A DNA stretch of 64,000 bases from an uncultured Chloroflexia bacterium (GTDB lineage: Bacteria; Chloroflexota; Limnocylindria; Limnocylindrales; CSP1-4): the NCBI GenBank assembly GCA_963734535.1, contig CAVTHS010000008.1, positions 480,001 to 544,000 on the forward strand. Reading direction: 5' to 3'. Positions 28,556-37,218 of the stretch are shown in pieces. Numbering within the stretch: position 1 is the first letter of the stretch; each line of letters opens with the position of its first letter. A program made the translations under genes and the position numbers. The notes beneath the pieces were generated by a model, which searched no databases, had not been told where the DNA came from, and worked only from the letters and a program-made list of their open reading frames with translations.

Positions 28556-30111
28556 GCGGCGACCCGCCCCTTCACGAGCTCGTACGTCAGCCCGTGCTTG
28601 CGAGCGATCGCCTCCGCATACGCAAGGCCGTCGGCGGGCCGGCGTTCGAGCTTGAACGTCCGCCGACCAGGATCGGCGGGGTCCACCGCGGCAACGAGGC
28701 TTACGGTGGTGGCCGTCAGGGACGCGAGCTCGTCGAGGAAGGTGACGACGACCGCGAGCAGGTCGAGCCGGACGGCCGCGCCGAGGATCGCCTCGTTGAG
28801 GAAGAGCGCGTCGCTCACCGTCGTCGAGCTGAAGCTCTCGTTCATCACCAGGAGGGTCCGCGGCGTTGCCGCACCGAGGATCCGGCGGATCCGCTGCAGA
28901 TCATCCTCGAGCTTGCCGGCCAGGTTCCCCAGGTCTTCCGAGCGCTCGAAGTGCGTGTGGATCGCATCGACGAGGAAGACCCGTGCCTCCGTGCCGGGCA
29001 CGGGGCAGCCGAGCCGGGCGAGGTGATGGAGCTGGCCGACCGCCCGCGCGAATGTCGTCTTGCCGCCCTGGTTCGGGCCGGTGACGACGACGATCCGATC
29101 TGTCCCCGCGAGATCGAGGTCGTTCGTGATGATGGCGCGGCCGGGGACCGCGAGCTTCGCGGCGAGTGCGAGGTCGAACACCTCGCGCACGCACGTCGCC
29201 TTCGAGTCGGCCGACACCTCCGGATAGCAGAACTCGAGCCCGTGGGGCCGGAGGTCGTCGATCCGCTCGCGGTACGCAAGGTAGAACTGGATCTCGCGGT
29301 CGAACCCAGCCAGGGTCGGGTCCATGAAGCCGCCGTGGTCGGCGGCGAACGCGATCAGTGCCGCGAAGGCGTCGGGATGCATCCGGGCGACGCCCTCGAG
29401 CACGGCTGCCTCCACGTGATCGAGGGCTCCCTTCGACGGCATCGAGAACTCGGGTGGCGCCACATCGGCTGCCCGGAAGCGCGCGAACGTGGCGCGCAGC
29501 TCCACGCCGTAGTCGGGCTCGGCCTCGTAGGAGCTGACGACGACCCGGCGTCCGGAGATCCGGAGCCGAACGTCGAGCGCGTCCAGCGCGGCGAGGACAC
29601 GTCGGGCATCCGAGCCGAGCGTCGCGAAGGCATCCGAACCAACGTAGCCCCGCAGATGGTCGGCGATCTGCCTGAGGCCGCGCGAGCGCGGGCCGGCCGC
29701 GTCGAGCGTGTCGGCGAGGGCGACGATCGTCGGGACGTAGACCCGCACGGCCTCCAGGAGCCAGCGCTCCCGTTCGTATCGATGGCGGCTGGCTGACGAA
29801 CGCGCCATCCTGCCGCGGACGAGCCGCATCGCGTCCGCGAACGACCGGAGCGAGGCCGTCAATTCGCTGGACTCGAGGTCCCGGAAGACCTCGTGCCGAA
29901 AGGCGACCGCTTCGACATCAGGACACGGCGCGAAGAAGAACCCCCGCAGGTCGTACTCGTCGCGCCGCCACGTGAGCCACGATGCGATCTCGTCGAGGTG
30001 GAGATCAACGACGAAGTCGCCGGACTGGGCCGCCGGCCAGCGGTCGGGAGCGCGGTCGAAGAGGACGCTCACGGCGCCCGGACCTGCCGCCGGGCGTGGA
30101 TCCTCGGTCAT
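28552..30111 (-). CDS. MutS domain V ATPase (MutS4A-like)
   Basis: DL-LD-I, FRHEVFRDL, FDREIQFYLAY, VTGPNQGGKTTFAR, THFER-E, GKLEDDL, MNESFSSTT, VTFLDEL, RTFK--R-PADG-AYA; 4-nt overlap with partner. Confidence 0.9.
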   Translation of the reverse strand: MTEDPRPAAGPGAVSVLFDRAPDRWPAAQSGDFVVDLHLDEIASWLTWRRDEYDLRGFFFAPCPDVEAVAFRHEVFRDLESSELTASLRSFADAMRLVRGRMARSSASRHRYERERWLLEAVRVYVPTIVALADTLDAAGPRSRGLRQIADHLRGYVGSDAFATLGSDARRVLAALDALDVRLRISGRRVVVSSYEAEPDYGVELRATFARFRAADVAPPEFSMPSKGALDHVEAAVLEGVARMHPDAFAALIAFAADHGGFMDPTLAGFDREIQFYLAYRERIDDLRPHGLEFCYPEVSADSKATCVREVFDLALAAKLAVPGRAIITNDLDLAGTDRIVVVTGPNQGGKTTFARAVGQLHHLARLGCPVPGTEARVFLVDAIHTHFERSEDLGNLAGKLEDDLQRIRRILGAATPRTLLVMNESFSSTTVSDALFLNEAILGAAVRLDLLAVVVTFLDELASLTATTVSLVAAVDPADPGRRTFKLERRPADGLAYAEAIARKHGLTYELVKGRVAA

Positions 30112-30218
30112 GGCTCGTTCTCACCTGCGACCAGCCGGTCGGTCCCGCGACCGGAGGGTCAACGCTGCGCTCGACTCGGCGCGATCGGAGGTGGTGCTCC
30201 CGACCCTCTTGCTCCCGG

Positions 30219-30256
30219 ATACACGAATGGCTCCTGGAACTGGGTCCAGAAGCCAT
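30219..30256 (-). terminator. terminator-type hairpin overlapping 3' end of minus-strand fluoride aptamer
   Basis: ATGGCTTCTGGA-loop-TCCAGGAGCCAT 12-bp stem followed by TCGTGTAT. Confidence 0.65.
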
Positions 30257-30292
30257 CACCCGCGAACGGGATACGGCGCGAGCTTCATCGCG
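30246..30292 (-). ncRNA. fluoride riboswitch (crcB motif) upstream of MutS-like pair
   Basis: CGCGAUGAAGCUCGCG-CCGUAU-CCCG(UUCG)CGGG-UGAUGGCUUCUG: P1, P2 and GAAGC/GCUUC pseudoknot. Confidence 0.8.
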
Positions 30293-30309
30293 CGATCGGT
30301 TGTCACCCA

Positions 30310-30338
30310 AGCATGGGCCCAAGCGTGAAGCCCGTCAA
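30310..30338 (-). promoter_or_regulatory. sigma70-type promoter for minus-strand riboswitch/MutS operon
   Basis: TTGACG-17 nt-CATGCT on minus strand just upstream of the aptamer. Confidence 0.55.
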
Positions 30339-30361
30339 ACAACCGTCTTGCGGGCCGCGCG

Positions 30362-30390
30362 TTGACGGTCGGGCAGGGAGGTCCTACGCT
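30362..30390 (+). promoter_or_regulatory. sigma70-type promoter for plus-strand riboswitch
   Basis: TTGACG-17 nt-TACGCT, 8 nt before the aptamer. Confidence 0.65.
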
Positions 30391-30398
30391 CGCGCCAC

Positions 30399-30462
30399 GG
30401 CGATGGTGTCCGCCGAGACGCTGGTGCGTCTGAACCGCCCGGTATGGGCTGATGGCCCCTCG
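30399..30462 (+). ncRNA. fluoride riboswitch (crcB motif) upstream of PPase-like gene
   Basis: GGCGAUGGUGUCCGCC-(hairpin)-GAACCGCCC-GGUAU-GGGCUGAUGGCCCCU matches the consensus GGCGAUGGnGUUCGCC...AACCGC...GCUGAUGnCnCCU; one pseudoknot mismatch. Confidence 0.85.
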
Positions 30463-30492
30463 ACTGCATCGGCAGACGTGGGGCTTCTTCTT
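30455..30492 (+). terminator. intrinsic terminator (riboswitch expression platform)
   Basis: GCCCCTCGACTGC-ATCG-GCAGACGTGGGGC followed by TTCTTCTT. Confidence 0.7.
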
Positions 30493-30509
30493 GCCCCGGA
30501 CGGAGGCAC

Positions 30510-31889
30510 ATGACGGCCGACGCCGCGACCCTCGGGCCAGACTCGGGGCATGCTCCGGCACGGCTCCGTATCGAGGTCGTCGAGGCGCTCGGCCCGGGCC
30601 TCGAGCTCGCACACGACCAACGCACGGGTGGCCTCGTTGCTGCGCGCGCCCGGTCCGGCGGCCTGTGGCTCGGGTTCGATCGCGGGGCCCTGGTGGACTC
30701 CGACGACGGGTCCGGCCGCTCAGTGCCCGTCATCGTCGCGGTTCCCGGCTCGACATGGCCAGGCTGCCAGGTCGACGCGGAGATCGTGGGCGCCCTGGCG
30801 GCTGGCGGTCGGACGATCCTCGTCGCGAGGATCAGTGGAGTCCCCGAACCGCTGCCGGCGGTCGCACGCGTCGTCGCCCAGGTGCCCGAAGGGGCGTGGC
30901 TCGACGCGGCAACGGCAGCCGGGATCGCAGCCGCTGCCCGTCGCGAACACCGGCGGCGCCAGGCGATGGACCGGATCGTCGGTGGCCGGGCGTGGGAGGC
31001 GTCGGGGGCAACGCCCGAGGCCGCCCGCTTCACGACCCCGCACTCGCTCGCCGAGTACTCCCTCGGACGGCTACCGCCGCGGTTCCTCCGTGGCCTTCGG
31101 GATCTGCTCGACCCAGGCGAGCGGATCCTCTACTCGATCGAGCGCCCCGGGATCACCGCTACGGGCTTCATCGGGCAGGTCCCACGGCAGGACCGGCGGA
31201 GCGCACTCCTGGTCCTGACCGATCGCCAGGTCGCCTGGCTCGTCGACCACGCGGACCCTGACCGCTACCTCTCGGACTGGGGCATCGATGCCGAGACGAT
31301 CCCGATCGAGCTCGTGACCGCCGCCCGCGTGGTCGAGTCGGGTCGCTGGTGTCGACTCGTCATTGCCACCGACCGTGGCCAGACCGAGGCGCGGCTTCCG
31401 GCCGAGCTCTCATCCGAAGTGGGGGTCGCCGCCCAGCTGATCGAGCGGTTCATCCCGGCCGCGGACGTGCGCCTCCCGCGCCGGCGGTACGTCGTCGAGC
31501 GCCGCAACATCGACTGGTCTCGGCTCGATGCGTTCAGCGGGGGAACGGACGTCCGTTCGCTGACGAGGCAGCTCGATGCCGATGCGGTCGCATGGCTCCT
31601 CGGCCCAGCGCGCCAGGGCCACCCTCGCGCCGAGGCGTGCGCGCTCACCCCCGACTCGATCGCCTTCATCTCCGGTCGCCGCCGTCACGATGTTCCGCTC
31701 GGTGCTGTCCATGCCTTCCGGATCGCCCTCTCGCCTCTCGTCGGGAGGTTCGAGGTCGTCGGGTCGCGGGTGCTGGGCGCGATGACGTTCCCGGCGCCGT
31801 TCGGCGACCTTGCGGGTACGTTCGTCCGCTCGGCGGGCCGCCTGACCGCCACCGTGCCGGGCGTGAGGCACCAGCCATCGCCGACCTGA
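30510..31889 (+). CDS. hypothetical protein: degenerate inorganic-pyrophosphatase-like N-domain plus two PH-like domains
   Basis: GF--GAL--DDG---VPVIV-----WPGC-V-AE-VGAL resembles the family I PPase OB core without DGDPLD; LLDPGERIL...LLVLTDRQV...IPIE-V resembles bacterial PH; GGAGG RBS. Confidence 0.6.
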   Translation: MTADAATLGPDSGHAPARLRIEVVEALGPGLELAHDQRTGGLVAARARSGGLWLGFDRGALVDSDDGSGRSVPVIVAVPGSTWPGCQVDAEIVGALAAGGRTILVARISGVPEPLPAVARVVAQVPEGAWLDAATAAGIAAAARREHRRRQAMDRIVGGRAWEASGATPEAARFTTPHSLAEYSLGRLPPRFLRGLRDLLDPGERILYSIERPGITATGFIGQVPRQDRRSALLVLTDRQVAWLVDHADPDRYLSDWGIDAETIPIELVTAARVVESGRWCRLVIATDRGQTEARLPAELSSEVGVAAQLIERFIPAADVRLPRRRYVVERRNIDWSRLDAFSGGTDVRSLTRQLDADAVAWLLGPARQGHPRAEACALTPDSIAFISGRRRHDVPLGAVHAFRIALSPLVGRFEVVGSRVLGAMTFPAPFGDLAGTFVRSAGRLTATVPGVRHQPSPT

Positions 31890-32121
31890 GCCGATGTGCC
31901 TGGCGGCCATCGAATGCGCCGGGGTGGGCGGAGCGCGGCCGTCACGACGCTATCGGCTCTTGACGGGCGTGCGGCTGATCAACGACTGTCCGACGAGCAG
32001 CCGTGCGGACCCGAGCGCAGCGCGTATCCGGGGTCAGATGCCCGCCCCTGTCTTCCCCTCTCCCGCGCCACTCCGGGTCAGCGGCGTTTCGCCCTTGCTC
32101 TACCTCTCTCCCGCGCCACGT

Positions 32122-32150
32122 TTGACAGGCACCCGGCACGCTCCGACACT
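32122..32150 (+). promoter_or_regulatory. putative sodN promoter
   Basis: TTGACA-17 nt-GACACT; preceded by two CTCTCCCGCGCCAC repeats. Confidence 0.5.
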
Positions 32151-32236
32151 TCTCGGAGCGGCTGCGGCCGCCGGTGGCGGCCCCGTGGTCAGGGTCCCGG
32201 GCCCACCGTCCCGGATACGCGAAGCGAGGAAGTCCC

Positions 32237-32656
32237 ATGTCCCGTCTTACCAGCTGGCTGCGCCCGTCGACGGTCGCACACGCGCACTGCGACATCCCAT
32301 GCGGCATCTACGACCCGGCCGAGGCCGTCCAGGCGGCGCGGACCGTCGCCCGGATGGTGGAGCTGATCGGCAAGCTCCCCGAGGGCTCGACCGCCGTCGC
32401 CGATCGGAACACGTTCGTCCGCTGTGTGGCCGTCAAGGAGCAGCACGCCGAGAAGGTGAAGCACGAGGTCCAGGTCATCTGGTCCGACTACTTCAAGCCG
32501 GAGCATCTCGCGGCGTTCCCCGAGCTCCACACCAAGGTCTGGAACCTGCTCAAGCTCGCGGGCAAGAACAAGCAGGGCATCGACGCGCAGGCGGCTGCCG
32601 ATCTCGAGGCGGCCACCAAGGAGTTCGCGGAGATGTTCTGGGCGACCAAGAAGTAG
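32237..32656 (+). CDS. sodN: nickel superoxide dismutase precursor
   Basis: leader followed by Ni-hook HCDIPCGIYDP; KE-HAE-VK, WSDYFKP-H, FWATK. Confidence 0.96.
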   Translation: MSRLTSWLRPSTVAHAHCDIPCGIYDPAEAVQAARTVARMVELIGKLPEGSTAVADRNTFVRCVAVKEQHAEKVKHEVQVIWSDYFKPEHLAAFPELHTKVWNLLKLAGKNKQGIDAQAAADLEAATKEFAEMFWATKK

Positions 32657-32752
32657 CCGACGCGGCGAGCCGGCAGGACCCGGCGTGCCGGCGTCGCGCA
32701 CGACGTCACCGCGGCGCCGCGCAGCGGTGATCGGCCAGGCCGGCCTGTCGAC

Positions 32753-33232
32753 GTGACGGGCCGGCGACGATCGGGGCGCGCCGGTCGACCCTGGCGGCTT
32801 CGCCTGTTCCTGCTCGCGTCCGCGGTCCTCGCGCTGGCCTGGGACGCGGGCGCTCTCGCGCGCCGTGCGCGCCGCGGACCGTGGCGCGCCGAGGTCGTCG
32901 GCGAGAGCATGGTCCCGGCACTCCGAAACGGCGACTGGCTGCTGGTCGACCCGACACCGGCCCGATGGCCGCGGCGGGGTTCGGTCGTGGTCGTCCGCGA
33001 GCCGGAGGGCGACCTCGTCGTCGTGAAGCGCATCGCCGCGCGCCCGGGTGACCGGGTTGTCCGGGCGGATGGGTCGGTCACCGTGCTCGGCGCAACGGAG
33101 GCGTGGCTCCTCAGCGACGCGCCGGACGAAGCGATCGATTCGCGGCGATATGGACCGGTTGACGCCGAGCTGCTGCTGGGCCGCGTCGCGTGGCGATACG
33201 GACCCATCCGGAGATTTGGACCCGTGCGCTGA
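32753..33232 (+). CDS. sodX: S26 family peptidase, Ni-SOD maturation protease
   Basis: V-GESM-P-L--GD, VKRI, DSRRYGPV; adjacent to sodN. Confidence 0.85.
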   Translation: MTGRRRSGRAGRPWRLRLFLLASAVLALAWDAGALARRARRGPWRAEVVGESMVPALRNGDWLLVDPTPARWPRRGSVVVVREPEGDLVVVKRIAARPGDRVVRADGSVTVLGATEAWLLSDAPDEAIDSRRYGPVDAELLLGRVAWRYGPIRRFGPVR

Positions 33233-33263
33233 GCCGGCCGCGCCGGCGCGCGAGCGCGCGACG

Positions 33264-34172
33264 CTACCCGGCAGCGACGCCCAGCGCCTGGCCCGCGAGC
33301 GGCACGTGGGCGGCGCGCACGTCAGCCGCGAAGGACGCAAGCCCCTCGTCGCTGGTATCCCACCGGGACGGGAACATGATGATCCGGTCGAGGCCCAGCG
33401 CGGCGTAGCTGCCCAGGCGGTCGACGCGCGCCTGCCCGTCGGCACGGGAATCGTTGTCGCGGCTGTAGAGGGAGATGCGCAGGGTCGAGGGATCCCGGCC
33501 CTCCTCCTCGCAGCGCTGGCGCGCGACGGGGAGCGCTTCGCGGATCTCGTCGGGTCCCAGGAAGACCAGGTTCAGCTCGTCCGCGTAGCGGGCCGCGTAC
33601 CGGAAGGTCACGTTCTGCCCGTTGCCGCCGACCACGATCGGGATGTGCCCCTGGATCCCCTTCGGCACGTTGATTGCCTCTTCGACGCGCGCATAGGCGC
33701 CCTCGAACGTGGCCTTGCCCGGGCCGAGCATCCGCCGGATCACCTCGAGATGGTCACCGAGCGCGCCGAGGCGCTCCCGCAGCGTTGGGAAGCCGTAGCC
33801 GTACGCAAGCCACTCGTCTTCCTTCCAGCCGGCACCGATCCCGAGCTCGAAGCGGCCGCCCGAGATCACGTCGATCGTCGAGGCCATCTTCGCGGTGAGG
33901 GCGGGGTTGCGGAAGCCGGTGCAGACCACCATGTGGCCAATTCGCGCGCGTGACGTCGCCTGCGCCAGCGCCGCGAGCATCGTGAACGACTCGAAGGTGA
34001 TCTCCTCGGTCGGGTTGGGCACCGTCGTGAAATGGTCGAAGACCCAGAGGGACTCGAAGCCCAGCGCCTCGGCCTGCTGCGCCCGCGCGATCGAGTTCGC
34101 CCACGCGTCCGCGGGACTCCAGCCGTCGAACTCCCCTTTCCAGCCCTGGGGAACCATCACCCCGACATCCAC
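33264..34172 (-). CDS. LLM class (probably F420-dependent) oxidoreductase
   Basis: PQGW, AEALGFESLWVFDHF, FRNPAL-AKMA-TIDVISGGR-ELGIGAGW, VGGNG. Confidence 0.9.
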   Translation of the reverse strand: MDVGVMVPQGWKGEFDGWSPADAWANSIARAQQAEALGFESLWVFDHFTTVPNPTEEITFESFTMLAALAQATSRARIGHMVVCTGFRNPALTAKMASTIDVISGGRFELGIGAGWKEDEWLAYGYGFPTLRERLGALGDHLEVIRRMLGPGKATFEGAYARVEEAINVPKGIQGHIPIVVGGNGQNVTFRYAARYADELNLVFLGPDEIREALPVARQRCEEEGRDPSTLRISLYSRDNDSRADGQARVDRLGSYAALGLDRIIMFPSRWDTSDEGLASFAADVRAAHVPLAGQALGVAAG

Positions 34173-34282
34173 GTGTGCCCACTTCCTCCGACATCGACCG
34201 ATCGGTCGCGATCCGGCCCGCGCGACCACGCGCGAGCGTCCAGTCCACCATCCCCACCGGCGTCGAGCCTATCATCGGCGGC

Positions 34283-35572
34283 ATGGAGCTGCCGCCGCCG
34301 TTCGACCCGACCGTCCTCGCCCACCCGGACCCGGAGGCCACCTTGTCCGGCCCGCCGACACCGTGGGCGTCCCTGCCGGCGCCCGCGCGTCGAGACGGCC
34401 CCCCGTGGTGGATGACCGAGATGATCGATGCGGAACCGGCGCTCGCCGGCCGCCTGCTCCGGCGCCTGGGCATCGTCCGGCGCAGCTCGGGCGTCCCGGG
34501 CGTGCCCGCGAAGCTCGAGGCGCCCGGTCGTGACACCTCGGCCGGACGCCTCGCGGCGGCGATCCGCACCGCGCTGGAGGCCGGCGACCCGGTGGTGGTC
34601 ACCGGGTGTGGCACCAGCGAGCACGGTGCGATGGCGTTCGCCGCGATCGTCGCCGATGCGGCCGAGCGTGGAGGCATCCGCGGCTCCGGGAAGCCCGGCA
34701 GCGTGCTGGCACGCCAGGCGTTCGAGGCCTCGCTGGCACCCCAGCGCGGCGGGCTGATCATCGGCATCAGCCACGAGGGCGGCACGGGGGCGACGCTGGC
34801 CGCGTTGACCGCCGCCGCGGCCCTCCGCGCGAAGGTCGCGGCGGTCACCGTGAGCCGGCTGGCCCCGATCGGCGGCCTGAGCCCCTTGATCCTCGAGACC
34901 GCAGAGATCGACCGGAGCTGGTGCCACACCATCGGCTACCTCTCCCCGATCCTGGCCGGCGTCGCCGTGGGGGCCGCGCTGACCGGCGAGGCGGGCGATG
35001 CAGACCCGGGCGTCATCCGGCCGCTCCTCGCGGCGGGTCTCGAGCAGGCCACCTCCGCCGAACGCATCGCCGCCGAGCTGGCCGGCTGCCGCGAGATCAT
35101 CGTGCTGGCGTCCGGCGCCGACACGACGGCCGGCCGCGAGCTCGCGCTCAAGGTGGAAGAGGCAACCTGGCTGCCCGCGGCGTTCCGCGAGACCGAGACG
35201 TTCCTCCACGGCCACCTCCCGGCGATGGACGGGGCGACCGGCCTCGTGCTCATCCTCGCCGACCGCGCGGGACGGGAGGCGCGCTCGGCCCGGGCGCAGC
35301 AGGCGCTCGCGGCGGCAGCCCGGATCGGGATGCGGCCGGGCGCGATCCTGGCCGCGGACCTGGACCGCGAGTGGCCGGCATTCCTTGCGCCGGCCGGCAG
35401 GCTCCTCGTCCCGGAGGCACCGGCGCTGCCGGGCCCCGTCGCCGCGCTCATCGGGACGGCCACGCCGCTCCAGCTCCTGACCGAGCGGCTTGCGCGCGCC
35501 CGCGGGACGGACCCGGACCCGATCCGGCGCGACCAGCTCGCCTACCGCGAGGCCGCCGCGCTCGCGGAGTAG
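34283..35572 (+). CDS. double-SIS sugar isomerase/deaminase (GlmS/AgaS-like, no glutaminase domain); start uncertain
   Basis: M-EMI-AEP, GCGTSEH, ISHEGGT, SWCHT-GY, ARELALKVEE, ETFLHGH, PLQLL, DPD. Confidence 0.85.
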   Translation: MELPPPFDPTVLAHPDPEATLSGPPTPWASLPAPARRDGPPWWMTEMIDAEPALAGRLLRRLGIVRRSSGVPGVPAKLEAPGRDTSAGRLAAAIRTALEAGDPVVVTGCGTSEHGAMAFAAIVADAAERGGIRGSGKPGSVLARQAFEASLAPQRGGLIIGISHEGGTGATLAALTAAAALRAKVAAVTVSRLAPIGGLSPLILETAEIDRSWCHTIGYLSPILAGVAVGAALTGEAGDADPGVIRPLLAAGLEQATSAERIAAELAGCREIIVLASGADTTAGRELALKVEEATWLPAAFRETETFLHGHLPAMDGATGLVLILADRAGREARSARAQQALAAAARIGMRPGAILAADLDREWPAFLAPAGRLLVPEAPALPGPVAALIGTATPLQLLTERLARARGTDPDPIRRDQLAYREAAALAE

Positions 35573-35578
35573 CCGGAC

Positions 35579-36526
35579 TCAGCCGCGGACCAGGACCTCG
35601 CCGAGCAGGTCCACGTGGGCGAGGTCCCAGGGCAGGAAGTCCTGGAGCATGAGCCGCTCGCACCCGGCCGCCTCGAACCGGGCGGCCATCGCGCGGGCCT
35701 CGTCCGGAGTGCCGTAGATCCAGCGCGGCCGGCGCGTCTCGAACCAGGCAGTTCCCTCCGCGGCCATCCCGAACGCGTCGAGGAGCGCCCGTGACCGGCG
35801 CTCCACCTCGGCAGCGTCGCGACCGATCAGGGCGCCCGCCATCGCCGAGTGGCGAATCGTGGAGGGATCCCGGCCGGCCTCCCGGGCGATCGTGTCGAGC
35901 ATCGCGAAGCGCTCGACCACGCGTTCCGGGGACGCGCTGGAGAGGTTGAACTCGTCGGCGAAGCGAACCGCGATCCGCATCGAGCGCGGGCTCCCCTCGC
36001 CACCCACGATGAGCGGCGGCGCCGGCTGCTGGACCGGCCGCGGCCGGAGCAGCCCGGCCGGGACCTGGTAGTGGCGGCCGCTGAAGGACCACCCGTCCGG
36101 GCCCTGCCACAGGCCGCGAAGCACCTCCAGCTGCTCCTCCAGCATCTCGGCGCGCACCTCGATCGGCGGGAACGGGAAGCCGTGGTGCTCGTGCTCGGCC
36201 TGGTTCCAGCCGGCCCCGAGGCCGACGTCCAGTCGCCCGCCTGACATCTCATCGACGGTCGTGGCCAGCTTGGCAAGGTTGCCCGGGTGCCGGAACGTCA
36301 CCGGGGAGACCAGGGCGCCGATCCGGATGGTGGTGGTCTCGCGGGCGAGCCCCGCGAGGACGGCCCACGCGTCGGTCGTCGGCCGCCCCGATGCGCCCGG
36401 GAAGCTGTCGTAGTGGTCCGAACGCAGGAAGGTCTCGAACCCCGCCGCCTCGGCGTGCCGGGCAACCGCCAGCTGGTCCGCGTAGGAGCAGCCCTGCTGG
36501 GGCTCGATCATCAGCGCATATCGCAT
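35579..36526 (-). CDS. LLM class (probably F420-dependent) oxidoreductase
   Basis: EPQQG-SY, F-RSDHY, TDAW--LAGLARET, LVSPVTFRHPG, DEMSGGR. Confidence 0.9.
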   Translation of the reverse strand: MRYALMIEPQQGCSYADQLAVARHAEAAGFETFLRSDHYDSFPGASGRPTTDAWAVLAGLARETTTIRIGALVSPVTFRHPGNLAKLATTVDEMSGGRLDVGLGAGWNQAEHEHHGFPFPPIEVRAEMLEEQLEVLRGLWQGPDGWSFSGRHYQVPAGLLRPRPVQQPAPPLIVGGEGSPRSMRIAVRFADEFNLSSASPERVVERFAMLDTIAREAGRDPSTIRHSAMAGALIGRDAAEVERRSRALLDAFGMAAEGTAWFETRRPRWIYGTPDEARAMAARFEAAGCERLMLQDFLPWDLAHVDLLGEVLVRG

Positions 36527-36621
36527 TCGGCTTCTCCGTGTTTCTGGCCGCCTGGGTGGATCCTCTGTCGGGCCCCGGGATATTCGCGCGTCGATACTTC
36601 CCGTGATCGAAATGGTTGCCG

Positions 36622-36653
36622 TTGACGAAGTGATCTTGGTTCAGATATATTAT
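36622..36653 (+). promoter_or_regulatory. promoter of marR-MFS operon (likely leaderless)
   Basis: TTGACG at 36622 and TATATT/TATTAT at 36646-36653 in an AT-rich patch just before GTG 36658. Confidence 0.55.
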
Positions 36654-36657
36654 TGAC

Positions 36658-37218
36658 GTGATCGTAACAACAACGCCGGCCCTGGCGGCCGACCCGGCCA
36701 CGGCCGTCGAACCGACCCGTTCGCCCGAACGCCGGGCGCTGATCGAGGAGATCCTCGCCGGGACTGCCGTGATCGCCGGCCATCAGCGCTGCGCGGTCGC
36801 CCGAAGGCTGCACCGGCAGGGCATCAGCATGGCGCACCTGCAGACGCTGTGGATTCTGCAGGAACACGGCCCCCAGCCGATGACCCACCTGGCGGACCTG
36901 CTGGGCGTCGCGGTCCCGAACGCGACCGGCATCATCGACCGGATGGAGCAGCGCGGGCTCGTCGAGCGTCTCCGGGACGGCGCGGACCGCCGTGTCGTGA
37001 TCGTCCGGCAGACGCCGGACGGAGCGCGCGCGGTCGAGGAGGTCGATGGCTGGCGGAGCGAGATGCTCCAGGCGCTCCTGCTGCGGCTCGACACCGACCA
37101 GCTCGTGCGCCTCGTGGGCGGCATCGAGGAGCTTCGCGCGGCAATCCTGACACACGGGACCGACCTGCCACTGGACGCGGCAGGACCAGGTCCGGGAGAG
37201 GAGACAGCACGACCATGA
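36658..37218 (+). CDS. MarR family transcriptional regulator
   Basis: LADLLGV--PNATGIIDRMEQRGLVER-RD-ADRRVV. Confidence 0.9.
   Translation: MIVTTTPALAADPATAVEPTRSPERRALIEEILAGTAVIAGHQRCAVARRLHRQGISMAHLQTLWILQEHGPQPMTHLADLLGVAVPNATGIIDRMEQRGLVERLRDGADRRVVIVRQTPDGARAVEEVDGWRSEMLQALLLRLDTDQLVRLVGGIEELRAAILTHGTDLPLDAAGPGPGEETARP

Noticed and set aside
27027-30111. Canonical mismatch-repair mutS or mutS2
   Set aside because: Too short; no mismatch-recognition or Smr domain; no mutL.
32151-32236. NiCo riboswitch in the sodN leader
   Set aside because: GC hairpins are present but I could not match the four-way junction consensus.
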